Shown here: in pieces, positions 19,400 to 28,620 of the stretch
Layout: each line of letters starts with the position of its first letter
Position numbering within the stretch: position 1 is the stretch's first letter
Sequence record: LR588166.1
Strand: one strand, 5' to 3'
DNA length: 64,000 bases
The notes under the pieces: generated by a model
What the model saw: the letters and a program-made list of their open reading frames with translations, nothing else
Databases searched by the model: none
What the model was told of the DNA's origin: nothing
Made by a program: the position numbers and the translations under genes

Positions 19400-20135
19400 T
19401 GCAATTCCATATATTATTAGAAAAGATAGTGTAACGGTGGTATTAACTGATACTCCGTATATCATAAGGGAATCTGATAAAAAATATAAAAAAGCAATTA
19501 AATTTATAAAAGCCGAACAGTGGGATGAATTAAAGAAACTAATTGATGTTAAAAATCATATTTCTGAATTCCTGAATGGTAAAATTAAAGTAGTCCGGGG
19601 TCGGTTTGAGTATAATGGTCAGGTAATTCATAATTCCTTAACTAAACGGATTATGCAAATGCATTCTGACGGTTTTCCAGTAGACCCGATGATTAATTTC
19701 CTTGTAAATTTAATGGAAAATCCTAGTTTTACTGCGGTTAATGGTTTGTATGATTTCTTAGAAACAAATAATCTTCCTATTACTACTGACGGATTCTTTT
19801 TAGCATACAAACGAATTCGTGAAGATTATACTGATGTAAGAACTGGCACAATAGATAACAGCGTAGGTAAAGTTGTTTCTATGCCAAGAAATGAAGTACA
19901 AGATAACAGCAATATTACTTGCGCTCCTGGATTGCATGTATGTTCGCGCGAATATCTACAACATTTTGGTGGTGAAAAGGTAATATTAGTAAAAGTAAAT
20001 CCTAAAGATGTAGTGTCTGTTCCTAAGGATTATAATTTTTCTAAAATGCGTACTTGTAAATACGAAGTAATATCCGAGCTGTCGTTAGAAGATGCGTTTG
20101 AAGATATTGCATCTAACAAGCCAGTTCACAGTTAA
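19392..20135 (+). CDS. rIIB: rIIB-like protein
   Basis: FL.NLMENPS...V..LYDFL....LPIT.DG.FLAYK; CAPGLHVCS; KMR.C.YEV; follows rIIA. Confidence 0.9.
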   Translation: MTNAIPYIIRKDSVTVVLTDTPYIIRESDKKYKKAIKFIKAEQWDELKKLIDVKNHISEFLNGKIKVVRGRFEYNGQVIHNSLTKRIMQMHSDGFPVDPMINFLVNLMENPSFTAVNGLYDFLETNNLPITTDGFFLAYKRIREDYTDVRTGTIDNSVGKVVSMPRNEVQDNSNITCAPGLHVCSREYLQHFGGEKVILVKVNPKDVVSVPKDYNFSKMRTCKYEVISELSLEDAFEDIASNKPVHS

Positions 20136-20148
20136 TAAAACTGTACAT

Positions 20149-20175
20149 AAAAAGGGATGCAATGCATCCCTTTTT
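20149..20175 (+). terminator. Intrinsic terminator
   Basis: GGGATGC-AAT-GCATCCC-T5 with an upstream A-run. Confidence 0.8.
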
Positions 20176-20218
20176 ATTTTATTATAAAATATGTTACTAT
20201 CCTTTAATGGTATAAAAT

Positions 20219-22240
20219 ATGAAAAATTATTTGTTAACTGTACCTGTCAATTCTAATGTAGATTATACTAAACTAGATATACACGATTTTGTTCCTGCAA
20301 TAAAAGAATTAACAACTAGATTATTTTATAACACAGGTGTAACACTTCAAAAAGAAACTATTTTGTTTAATGATTTGGTAGTATCCGAAGATGCTAGTCG
20401 ATTAGCATTTATTAATAGCATTTTGCATAATCTATTGAATACTTGCTCTACTACTGAGTTAGAAAATATTGCAGATGAGTGTGATACCATTTGCACAGAA
20501 TACTATAATAATTCTAGAATCGCATATTCTGAAAGAGAATACAATGCATATAAAAATATAAAAAATAATGAATCGTATTTTTCGAGTCTAAAATATTATG
20601 AACAAAAATATGTGGTTGATGCTATAGAATATTACGAAGAAGAATCTGATATTAATTTCTCGCATGATACAAAAATATACCTATCATCTTTATATTCGAA
20701 ACTTAATAAAGCACAGCAGAATTTTTCTAATAATATAATAAAACATACTGCAAAAAACAGGTATTACTTTGAACACGATTTCCAAGTTGAAGGTATACCA
20801 GATAACATAAAAGATATAATGCGGGAGAATGCAAGGGCAGACGGCCATGAATCCGGATATGTAGCTACAACTGAACACTACATCTACACAGCTATAATGC
20901 AATATTGTTCGTACGAGTATACTAGAAAAACAATGTTAGAAGCTTTTTATGTAGCTAGTAACGGCGAATATAGCAATACAACTAATATAACAGATATTGT
21001 ATCTATTAAATCTGAAATAGCAAAATTGTTTGGGTTTAGTACGTTTGCAGAAAAATCATTAAAGCATAAAATGGCAAAAACACCCGATAATGTATTTTCT
21101 GTATTAAATAAATTGAAAGACTTAGTAGTAGATAAAGCATTAGAAGAAGAAAAAGAACTTTTAACTTTTGCTAAATCTAAAGGATATCAACGACCTTCCG
21201 TCCGTGCCGCCGATAGAAATTATTATTCTACTATGAGATTGAAAGAAGAATATAATTTAGACAAAAAGGTTATAGAAGAGTATTATACATATGAAGGTGT
21301 TCTTCCTTGTGTATATGGTGTTATAAAAAAACTTTTTGATGTTACATTTGTAGAAGACCCTAATGCATCTGTGTGGCATGAAGATGTTAAATGCTATAAG
21401 GTATTTGAACATAACAAGCATATTGCATATATTTTTATAGATCCGTTTTCTAGGAACGGAAAACAATCCGGGGCATGGATGAATGGTATTGTTAAAAGGG
21501 ATTTTGCTTATAATACTACTCTACCAGTTGCAGTAATAGTGACTAATCTGTCAAAAACATCTATTACATTAGATGATGTACGTACACTCCTGCATGAATT
21601 TGGTCATGCATTACACCATGTACTTACTAAAGTAGAATTTCCTAATTATAATGGAATTTCTGTAGAATGGGATGCAGTAGAATTGCCGAGCCAATTATTG
21701 GAAAATTGGATTAATGATAAAGAGCTTTTAATTGAAATGTCGTCTCATTATTCTACAAAAGAAAAAATTCCAGAATATATAATTGATAACTGGTTAGCTA
21801 TAGATAATTATATGGCTGCGTCTTCTTTAAGAACACAGTTATTGTATTCATTAGTAGATATGAAAATTTTTAATAGCAATGCAAAGACAGATAAAGATTG
21901 TATAGAAATTTTTAATGAAGTAGCAAAAGATTTAAAATTAAACATAGAAGATAATCCGTTTATGCATTTGTTTTTATATTCGTTTTCTCATATATTTTCC
22001 GGAGGATATACAGCAGGTTATTATAGCTATTTGTGGGCAGAAATTATGTCAAGTGATGTTTATTTAGAATTTAAAAATAAAGGAATGTATAATATAGAAT
22101 TTGCTAATAAAATTAAAAAAGATATTCTATATGCAGGTTCTATTAATGACTTTGATGTAATGTATAGAACATTAATGGGTAGAGATCCTGACCCAGAATC
22201 TCTGCTAATAGTTAGGGGATTACAGAATAGCAAAAAATAA
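20219..22240 (+). CDS. M3-family zinc oligopeptidase (oligopeptidase A-like)
   Basis: LHEFGHALH; WDAVELPSQLLENW; FSHIF.GGY.AGYYSYLWAE; GRDP. Confidence 0.92.
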   Translation: MKNYLLTVPVNSNVDYTKLDIHDFVPAIKELTTRLFYNTGVTLQKETILFNDLVVSEDASRLAFINSILHNLLNTCSTTELENIADECDTICTEYYNNSRIAYSEREYNAYKNIKNNESYFSSLKYYEQKYVVDAIEYYEEESDINFSHDTKIYLSSLYSKLNKAQQNFSNNIIKHTAKNRYYFEHDFQVEGIPDNIKDIMRENARADGHESGYVATTEHYIYTAIMQYCSYEYTRKTMLEAFYVASNGEYSNTTNITDIVSIKSEIAKLFGFSTFAEKSLKHKMAKTPDNVFSVLNKLKDLVVDKALEEEKELLTFAKSKGYQRPSVRAADRNYYSTMRLKEEYNLDKKVIEEYYTYEGVLPCVYGVIKKLFDVTFVEDPNASVWHEDVKCYKVFEHNKHIAYIFIDPFSRNGKQSGAWMNGIVKRDFAYNTTLPVAVIVTNLSKTSITLDDVRTLLHEFGHALHHVLTKVEFPNYNGISVEWDAVELPSQLLENWINDKELLIEMSSHYSTKEKIPEYIIDNWLAIDNYMAASSLRTQLLYSLVDMKIFNSNAKTDKDCIEIFNEVAKDLKLNIEDNPFMHLFLYSFSHIFSGGYTAGYYSYLWAEIMSSDVYLEFKNKGMYNIEFANKIKKDILYAGSINDFDVMYRTLMGRDPDPESLLIVRGLQNSKK

Positions 22241-22331
22241 TAAATTTTGCTACATATATAAAAAGCTATGTAACGCTATGCTATTTGGCTTTTGTTGCAT
22301 TTTATAGCACAAAAACACCATAAAAATAGCC

Positions 22332-22360
22332 TAGACAAGCAACTGTAAACACTGTATAAT
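22332..22360 (+). promoter_or_regulatory. Sigma70-like promoter
   Basis: TAGACA-17 bp-TATAAT. Confidence 0.7.
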
Positions 22361-22387
22361 TGCTTTATTATAGTAAGGGATAAAATA

Positions 22388-22684
22388 ATGAACATTCATT
22401 TATCTTTTAAGGAACAACTTTCTAAGCTAATTGATGAAAATATAAATACATATCCTGATGCTATAGATTGGATAGTATCTCAAATGTCTTTAATAGATAT
22501 CGAATCTAAAAAGACAAAAGCAGAATCTATTATGGAAGCTCTTATAGGTGATACTGAATTTTTTAATAACCCTTTAGAACAGGGTGGAAGTAATAAAGAT
22601 TTTATAGTGTGGTATGTAACTAAATATAATTGTACTACTAAATACGCTATCGAACGGTTACTTCATTATTGTAAACAGAATTAG
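22388..22684 (+). CDS. Hypothetical protein
   Basis: AAGGG RBS; promoter upstream. Confidence 0.6.
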   Translation: MNIHLSFKEQLSKLIDENINTYPDAIDWIVSQMSLIDIESKKTKAESIMEALIGDTEFFNNPLEQGGSNKDFIVWYVTKYNCTTKYAIERLLHYCKQN

Positions 22685-22799
22685 CCCTTAGGACCGCCAA
22701 ATGTTTTGGCTTAAGGCGTACCGGTGCTGTATCGGAGCTTAGTGATTCGCTACCACAAAAGCATAAGCAGCTAGGAGACTTAAAACGTCTCCTATTTTT
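22682..22799 (+). ncRNA. Candidate structured RNA element (pseudoknot) ending in an intrinsic terminator
   Basis: Stems CCTTAG/TTAAGG, GCCAAA/TTTGGC, CCGG/TCGG; loop GCTGT complementary to GCAGC at 22767; terminator TAGGAGAC/GTCTCCTA-T5. Confidence 0.5.
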
Positions 22800-22811
22800 A
22801 TATATACAGGA

Positions 22812-23012
22812 GTGAAGTATATGAATAGCGATTATGCCTCTATGTTTATAGTAATATTTGCTATATTAGTTGTGTTTATTTGTAAACCGACAACATTTAA
22901 TGAGCCTAAAAACACTATCGATACAAACAAAAGCAATGTAGCGAACGACAGTATTCCACTTACAGGAAACATTTCTAGAACACCGGGTATAGGTACAGGT
23001 ATAGGATTATGA
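22812..23012 (+). CDS. Small membrane-anchored protein (66 aa)
   Basis: CAGGAG RBS; one TM helix; C-terminal PGIGTGIGL. Confidence 0.6.
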   Translation: MKYMNSDYASMFIVIFAILVVFICKPTTFNEPKNTIDTNKSNVANDSIPLTGNISRTPGIGTGIGL

Positions 23013-23161
23013 AAAAGAAAAACCCAATCGAGCGCAATCCAGTTGCACATCATGTAAACACATTTAACAAACCTAAAGTAGAAAAAGATAAGACAAAATA
23101 CTCTAGGAAACAAAAACACAGGACTAGGAATAGTCCTGATTTTTTATGTATAATATATTGA
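23009..23161 (+). CDS. Small basic protein resembling alternative ribosome-rescue factor ArfA (50 aa, not in the ORF track)
   Basis: MKKKNPIERNPVAHHVNTFNKPKVEKDKTKYSRKQKHRTRNSPDFLCIIY*; ATGA overlap with the upstream gene; V.K.K..Y.RK.KH motif. Confidence 0.55.
   Translation: MKKKNPIERNPVAHHVNTFNKPKVEKDKTKYSRKQKHRTRNSPDFLCIIY
23119..23145 (+). terminator. Intrinsic terminator inside the ArfA-like ORF
   Basis: CAGGACTA-GGAA-TAGTCCTG-A-T6, ending 14-16 nt before the stop codon. Confidence 0.8.
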
Positions 23162-23187
23162 CAGATATTGTATTTGGAATATACAAT
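23158..23187 (+). promoter_or_regulatory. Sigma70-like promoter
   Basis: TTGACA-18 bp-TACAAT. Confidence 0.6.
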
Positions 23188-23209
23188 ATGCATAACAAGG
23201 AGTGTTATT

Positions 23210-24328
23210 GTGGCAAAAACGAAACATATTTTTAAAGTTCCAGATTATTCTCTTTTAAAATTAGATTCTAAGACATATACTAAGGATTATAGGAATGCAA
23301 TTTGGTATTTGCATTATGAAGCATCTGCTGCTACTCTTAAATCTGCAACACTAAAATGGATTAAAAATAATACATCTTATGATGTAAAAGATTTATCTTC
23401 GTTGAGTGATTCTGATTTTTCTATTATCGGAAAATATTGTACTATACTAAATGCCGGCGGACAACTTCCTAGTCATGCTAATTTCGTCGAATCACACATA
23501 GACAAGATATTTCAATCTATCAAAAAAGAAGAAATTACAGAAATTGTCGAAGAACCAGAACCTAAAATAGAGCATGATAGTTGCAAAGTTAAAAAAATAA
23601 GTATACAGGATAGAATTAAGAGCCAGGCATATAAAGCTTGCGGAGAAATTGAAGGATTAATAGATCAATTTTATAGTAATCCTAGTGAGTTTGTAGTATC
23701 CCAGCAAGAAATAGAATCCTTATTTAAAAAATCAGAAATAAAATCCCATCATGTAAAATATATTACCGAAATATATAGCACTAATAAAAAAGAATTAGAG
23801 GAGCTTTCGGCAGGAAAATCTGAACAGTTAAACGAAGGTTATAATTTTTTAACTAAACGGGATATAAACAAAGCCATAAAGCTATTTAATTTAATTATAG
23901 AAACTGCGTCTAGTAGTAAAATAGTTACTGTTAAAAAACGAGCTAAAAAACAAAAGCCGTTGGATATTTCTAAATTAGTTAAATCATTTAAATATTTAGA
24001 AAAAAGCACAGATCTTAACTTAGAAAGTATTAATCCTGTCCATATTGTTGGTGCAAAAGAAGTATGGGTGTTTAATACAAAAAGTAGAAAGTTAGGAAAA
24101 TATATTGCTTTAGACACTACAGGTCTATCAATAAAAGGAACCACTATAACTAATTTTTCTGAAAAAAGTATAGAAAAAACTATTCGTAAACCAGAAGAAT
24201 ATTTTAAAAATATTAAGAAAATTTCTAAAAAGGCAAAAGAAAAATTATTTGTAGATACTAAATCTGTCGAAACTAAACTAAAAGGAAGAACAAACGAGCA
24301 TTGTATCATTCTTGAGGTTATAAAATAA
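23210..24328 (+). CDS. Conserved phage hypothetical protein
   Basis: AAGGAG RBS before GTG 23210; C-terminal SINP..IVGA.EVWVFNTK.RKL...G.SIKGTTI..F....S.EKT.RKP. Confidence 0.7.
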   Translation: MAKTKHIFKVPDYSLLKLDSKTYTKDYRNAIWYLHYEASAATLKSATLKWIKNNTSYDVKDLSSLSDSDFSIIGKYCTILNAGGQLPSHANFVESHIDKIFQSIKKEEITEIVEEPEPKIEHDSCKVKKISIQDRIKSQAYKACGEIEGLIDQFYSNPSEFVVSQQEIESLFKKSEIKSHHVKYITEIYSTNKKELEELSAGKSEQLNEGYNFLTKRDINKAIKLFNLIIETASSSKIVTVKKRAKKQKPLDISKLVKSFKYLEKSTDLNLESINPVHIVGAKEVWVFNTKSRKLGKYIALDTTGLSIKGTTITNFSEKSIEKTIRKPEEYFKNIKKISKKAKEKLFVDTKSVETKLKGRTNEHCIILEVIK

Positions 24329-24363
24329 ATAGTGTTATCTATATATAGAGGCACTTTATAAAA

Positions 24364-25116
24364 ATGGCTACAAGTACAGCAAGAACAGAAATAAAGAAAC
24401 AAATAATGCGAAGACTGGGAAATAGTATGACTGATGTAGAACTAGACCCAGAAGATTTAGATTTAGCAATAGATTTTGCAATAGATAGATACCGCCAGCG
24501 CGCCGAAAATGCTTGCATGGAAAGTATGCTGTTTATAACTCTGCAAAGAGATGAAACTGAATACACTTTACCTACTGAAGTTCAAGAAGTAAGACGACTA
24601 TATCGCAGATCTGTTGGATCAGGAACATCTGGCGGTACTAACTTTGATCCGTTTGAATCTGCATTTTCGAATATATTCTTTTTACAAGCAGGTCGAACTG
24701 GCGGTCTAGCAACATGGCATCTATTTTCCGAATACCAAGAAACCTTAGGAAGAATATTTGGATCTGAAATAAACTTTACATGGAACTATGCAGATAGAAA
24801 ACTTACTATCATGCGAAAATTCCAAGGTGCCGAAACAGTATTGGTAGTTGTGTGGGTAGCAAAATCTGAAGATGTGCTTTTGACTGATGTATATAGTAGA
24901 CCGTGGTTAAGAGATTATGCTATTGCCCAGTCTAAATATATGTTAGGTGAAGCACGTAGTAAATTTACTAATGGCTTACCAGGACCGAACGGTAGTGTTA
25001 CTTTAAACGGCGATCAGTTAAAACAAGAAGCATTTGCTGAAATGGAACGTTTAGAAAACGAAATTATAAATTATACAACCGGGACATCGTTTGGTATGCC
25101 ATTCATTATTGGATAA
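24364..25116 (+). CDS. gp13: Neck protein (T4 gp13-like)
   Basis: I.RRLG....DVEL..E.L..AI..A; W..DYA.A..K...GE.RSKF...PGP.G..TLNG..LK.E. Confidence 0.85.
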   Translation: MATSTARTEIKKQIMRRLGNSMTDVELDPEDLDLAIDFAIDRYRQRAENACMESMLFITLQRDETEYTLPTEVQEVRRLYRRSVGSGTSGGTNFDPFESAFSNIFFLQAGRTGGLATWHLFSEYQETLGRIFGSEINFTWNYADRKLTIMRKFQGAETVLVVVWVAKSEDVLLTDVYSRPWLRDYAIAQSKYMLGEARSKFTNGLPGPNGSVTLNGDQLKQEAFAEMERLENEIINYTTGTSFGMPFIIG

Positions 25117-25120
25117 ATGG

Positions 25121-25762
25121 ATGATTATAGGGACGTTAGGATTTATTGGGTCAGGAAAAAATACTGTAGCAAAATATTTAGTTGAAAATCATAATTTTAT
25201 ACAGGATAGTTTTGCGGCAGCGTTAAAGGATTTACTGTCATCTACTTTTAGTTGGGATAGAACGTTATTAGAAGGTACCACACCTGAATCTAGGCGTTGG
25301 AGAGAAACTACAGATACATGGTGGGCGACAAAGTTAGGTATACCTAATTTTACTCCTAGGTATGCAATGCAATATATAGGAACTGATGTATTACGGATGC
25401 ATTTTAATGATAATTTATGGATATTAACATTAGAAAAGCGATTAGAATCATTTATACAAAATAATAAGAATGTAGTAGTATCAGATGTAAGATTTAAAAA
25501 TGAATATAATATGCTAAAGCAATATGGTACAAAGTTCATATATGTAGAAAACGTTATCCCAGAATGGTATAATATTGCATTAGACTTAAATACATCAGAT
25601 TATACTGATAAAGAAAAACAAAATATTATTGAGAATTCGACATTAAACGGTGTCCATATATCCGAATGGGACTGGGTAGGATTGGGTTACGATGAAAAAA
25701 TTATTAATAATAGTACACTGGAAGAACTGTTTCTAACTGTAGATAGTATTATTAATAAATAA
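25121..25762 (+). CDS. Deoxynucleoside monophosphate kinase (T4 gp1-like)
   Basis: IIG..GFIGSGKNT P-loop; SFA..LKD; TPR..MQ.IGTD..R; VVSDVRF.NE. Confidence 0.9.
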   Translation: MIIGTLGFIGSGKNTVAKYLVENHNFIQDSFAAALKDLLSSTFSWDRTLLEGTTPESRRWRETTDTWWATKLGIPNFTPRYAMQYIGTDVLRMHFNDNLWILTLEKRLESFIQNNKNVVVSDVRFKNEYNMLKQYGTKFIYVENVIPEWYNIALDLNTSDYTDKEKQNIIENSTLNGVHISEWDWVGLGYDEKIINNSTLEELFLTVDSIINK

Positions 25763-25765
25763 TAT

Positions 25766-25788
25766 AAATAGGGGCAATGCCCCTATTT
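25766..25788 (+). terminator. Intrinsic terminator
   Basis: AAATAGGGGC-AAT-GCCCCTATTT. Confidence 0.8.
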
Positions 25789-25879
25789 TATTGAGTGTTA
25801 TATCTGCAATGATTATTAAGTATGCGATAAATACTGATATCGTAATACTGTATAATTCATAAAGGGAGATTATAACACA

Positions 25880-28519
25880 ATGGCAACTCTCATTTCTCCG
25901 GGTGTAAGTGTAACTATAACAGACGAATCTTTTTATGCATCGTCTGGTCCGGGAACTGTACCGCTTATAATCATAGCAACTGCTCAAGATAAAACTGATA
26001 GTGCCGGTACTGGAATTGCACCGGGAACCACTAGACAAAATGCAGGTAGACTATGGCTAATTAGTTCTCAAAGAGAACTACTACAAACGTTTGGTGTCCC
26101 GACTTTTAAAACAGTCGGCGGAACTGCATTACACGGATATGAACTAAATGAATATGGATTGTTAGCAGCACATTCGTATTTAGGAATATCTAATAGAGCA
26201 TATGTTGTGCGGGCAGATGTAGACACATCTCAGTTAGAACCGTCTGATACTGAGCCCACTGCTAATCCTGCAGACAACACCTATTGGTTAAACCCTACAA
26301 AAGTTGTGTCGGGGTTGTATGAGTCTAACGGCACTGACTGGGTAAAAGCAAATGTATTCTATGCAACTGAATTTGACGCAGCTGGTCGCCCAGCAAATGT
26401 TCCGTCTAGTTACAAATATGCAATGTCAGTAGGACAAGCTGCTCCTAACGTAGAAAATGCAATATATAGACGCAATATATCCGGCGCCTGGGTTTTAATT
26501 ACTGCTAACGATAATACAGTTGTATATAATAAGGTATATCCTGTAGTAGGTGCTGTAGGGAATCTATGGGTAAACCTAAGGGAAACTTCATATGCATTGT
26601 CTAGATTCGATGCAAATGTAGGAAGTTTTGTATCCGTATCTACTCCTTTGTACAAAACAAGCGATGATGCTACCGACGGTTTCGGAACTACACTACGCCA
26701 GGGCTCGGTGTTTGTGCAATATAATGCAAAAGGAACATTATCTAGTGCAGTTAATCCTGCAGTAACTGAACTACAACATAAGGTAAAAATACACAACGGT
26801 AACACTTTCACTGCTGTTTCTGTAACCTTAGCAGCAACTGGTCCTTATAGCGATACATTAGTATTAGGACGCTATAACGGAACATCAGTGACAGTTAACG
26901 CATCTGGTTCTAGCGTAGAGGCATTTGCTCAATCGTTAGGACAAGCTTTAGTTTCTAACGGTGTTACTGATATTTCAGTTAATTACAATACTGCCTCTAG
27001 AATGGTAGCGTTAGTTAACGATAGTGGAAAAGATATAATAGTTACATCATCTACTATGTTTAGTGCCGGCATATATTCTAATTGGGTTCCACTAGAATAT
27101 AGTTCTGCTGTAAAACAACCGTCCGGTCAATTAGATAACGGTACATTGTGGTACAGCACAGATTATAAAGTTGACATTCTAGTTAATGATGGCGTAGGAG
27201 CATGGACTGATTTAGCTGGCAGTTTATTTGTACAAAGTGCTGAACCTACTACTAACGTAGCTGACGGCGATGTATGGGTAAGCACTTCGTCTGCAGGCAA
27301 TTATCCGGTTATATATCGTAGGGTAAATAACCAGTGGAGATTAGTAGATAATACTGATCAAACAACACCTAACGGTGTAATATTTGCTGATGCAAGACCT
27401 GTAAATTCCGGAGCATTAGATGCAGACGCACCGGACGCACTTGCATATCCGCAGGGAATCTTACTATTTAACACTCGCTATTCCACACGTAACGTTAAAC
27501 AATGGCAAAATAATTATACCTTTGAAGGTAACGTTATAGGAGATAGATGGGTATCTGTTAGTGGTTTAAGATCGGATGGTTCTTTATACACCGGCGGCGA
27601 AGCAGTTAAACAAGTAGTCGTTCGTTCTATTGCTAGCACAATACAGGCTAATGAAGATATTCGTTCTGAAAACGTGTTTTATAACCTAATTGCTGCGCCT
27701 GGCTATCCTGAATTAATAGACGAGTTAGTAGCATTAAACGTTGATAGAAAACAAACTGCATTTGTTATAGGCGATTCGCCATTTACTTTGAGTGCAACTG
27801 GTACTAATTTACAAGAATGGTCTTCTAATTCTAAATTAGCAACAGAAAACGGTTCAGATGGATTAGTTACTGCTGATCCGTATTTAGGTGTATATTATCC
27901 GTCCGGTCTAAGTACAGATCTAAATGGTAACAATGTAGTTGTTCCTCCTAGTCATATGTTACTTCGTACTATTGCGTATAATGACCAGGTTGCATATCCG
28001 TGGTTCGCTCCGGCAGGATATCAACGCGGTATAGTGTCTAACGCAACTTCGGTAGGTTATATAAACAGCGAAGGTGAATTCGTTGCAGTTTCGTTAAATG
28101 AAGGGCAGCGGGATACTCTGTATACTAATAATGTTAACCCGATATCGCAAGTGCCTAATAGGGGTATAGTAGTATGGGGTCAAAAATCTAGAAATCCAGT
28201 TACTTCGTCATTGGATAGAGTTAACGTAGCAAGATTGGTAAACTATGTTAGATATCAATTAGATTTGTTGCTAAAACCGTTTGTATTCGAGCCAAACGAT
28301 TCACGTACTCGTCAAGCAGTGCAGGTAGCAGTAGAGGCTTTCTTAAGCGAAATAGTAACATTACGCGGTATCACTGATTTCGTTGTAGACTGTTCTGATT
28401 CTAATAATACTCCGGATCGTATAGATAGAAACGAATTGTGGGTTGACGTTGCAATAGTGCCCACCCGTGCAGTTGAATTTATTTATGTTCCGATTCGTTT
28501 GCAAAATACCGGATCTTAA
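25880..28519 (+). CDS. gp18: Contractile tail sheath protein
   Basis: MATLISPGVSVTITDESFY; YPWFAPAG.QRG; RD.LY.NNVNPI; IVVWGQKS; DRVNVARL; DRNELWVDVAI.P.RAVEFIY. Confidence 0.95.
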   Translation: MATLISPGVSVTITDESFYASSGPGTVPLIIIATAQDKTDSAGTGIAPGTTRQNAGRLWLISSQRELLQTFGVPTFKTVGGTALHGYELNEYGLLAAHSYLGISNRAYVVRADVDTSQLEPSDTEPTANPADNTYWLNPTKVVSGLYESNGTDWVKANVFYATEFDAAGRPANVPSSYKYAMSVGQAAPNVENAIYRRNISGAWVLITANDNTVVYNKVYPVVGAVGNLWVNLRETSYALSRFDANVGSFVSVSTPLYKTSDDATDGFGTTLRQGSVFVQYNAKGTLSSAVNPAVTELQHKVKIHNGNTFTAVSVTLAATGPYSDTLVLGRYNGTSVTVNASGSSVEAFAQSLGQALVSNGVTDISVNYNTASRMVALVNDSGKDIIVTSSTMFSAGIYSNWVPLEYSSAVKQPSGQLDNGTLWYSTDYKVDILVNDGVGAWTDLAGSLFVQSAEPTTNVADGDVWVSTSSAGNYPVIYRRVNNQWRLVDNTDQTTPNGVIFADARPVNSGALDADAPDALAYPQGILLFNTRYSTRNVKQWQNNYTFEGNVIGDRWVSVSGLRSDGSLYTGGEAVKQVVVRSIASTIQANEDIRSENVFYNLIAAPGYPELIDELVALNVDRKQTAFVIGDSPFTLSATGTNLQEWSSNSKLATENGSDGLVTADPYLGVYYPSGLSTDLNGNNVVVPPSHMLLRTIAYNDQVAYPWFAPAGYQRGIVSNATSVGYINSEGEFVAVSLNEGQRDTLYTNNVNPISQVPNRGIVVWGQKSRNPVTSSLDRVNVARLVNYVRYQLDLLLKPFVFEPNDSRTRQAVQVAVEAFLSEIVTLRGITDFVVDCSDSNNTPDRIDRNELWVDVAIVPTRAVEFIYVPIRLQNTGS

Positions 28520-28540
28520 CATAAATTAGTAATGCAAAAT

Positions 28541-28563
28541 AAAAAGGCACTAAGTGCCTTTTT
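28541..28563 (+). terminator. Intrinsic terminator after the sheath gene
   Basis: A5-GGCAC-TAA-GTGCC-T5. Confidence 0.8.
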
Positions 28564-28565
28564 AT

Positions 28566-28594
28566 TTGACTACAAATTATATCTATAGTATACT
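28566..28594 (+). promoter_or_regulatory. Sigma70-like promoter of the inserted endonuclease gene
   Basis: TTGACT-17 bp-TATACT. Confidence 0.7.
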
Positions 28595-28620
28595 ATTGTT
28601 TAAAACTAAGGATTGCTTTT

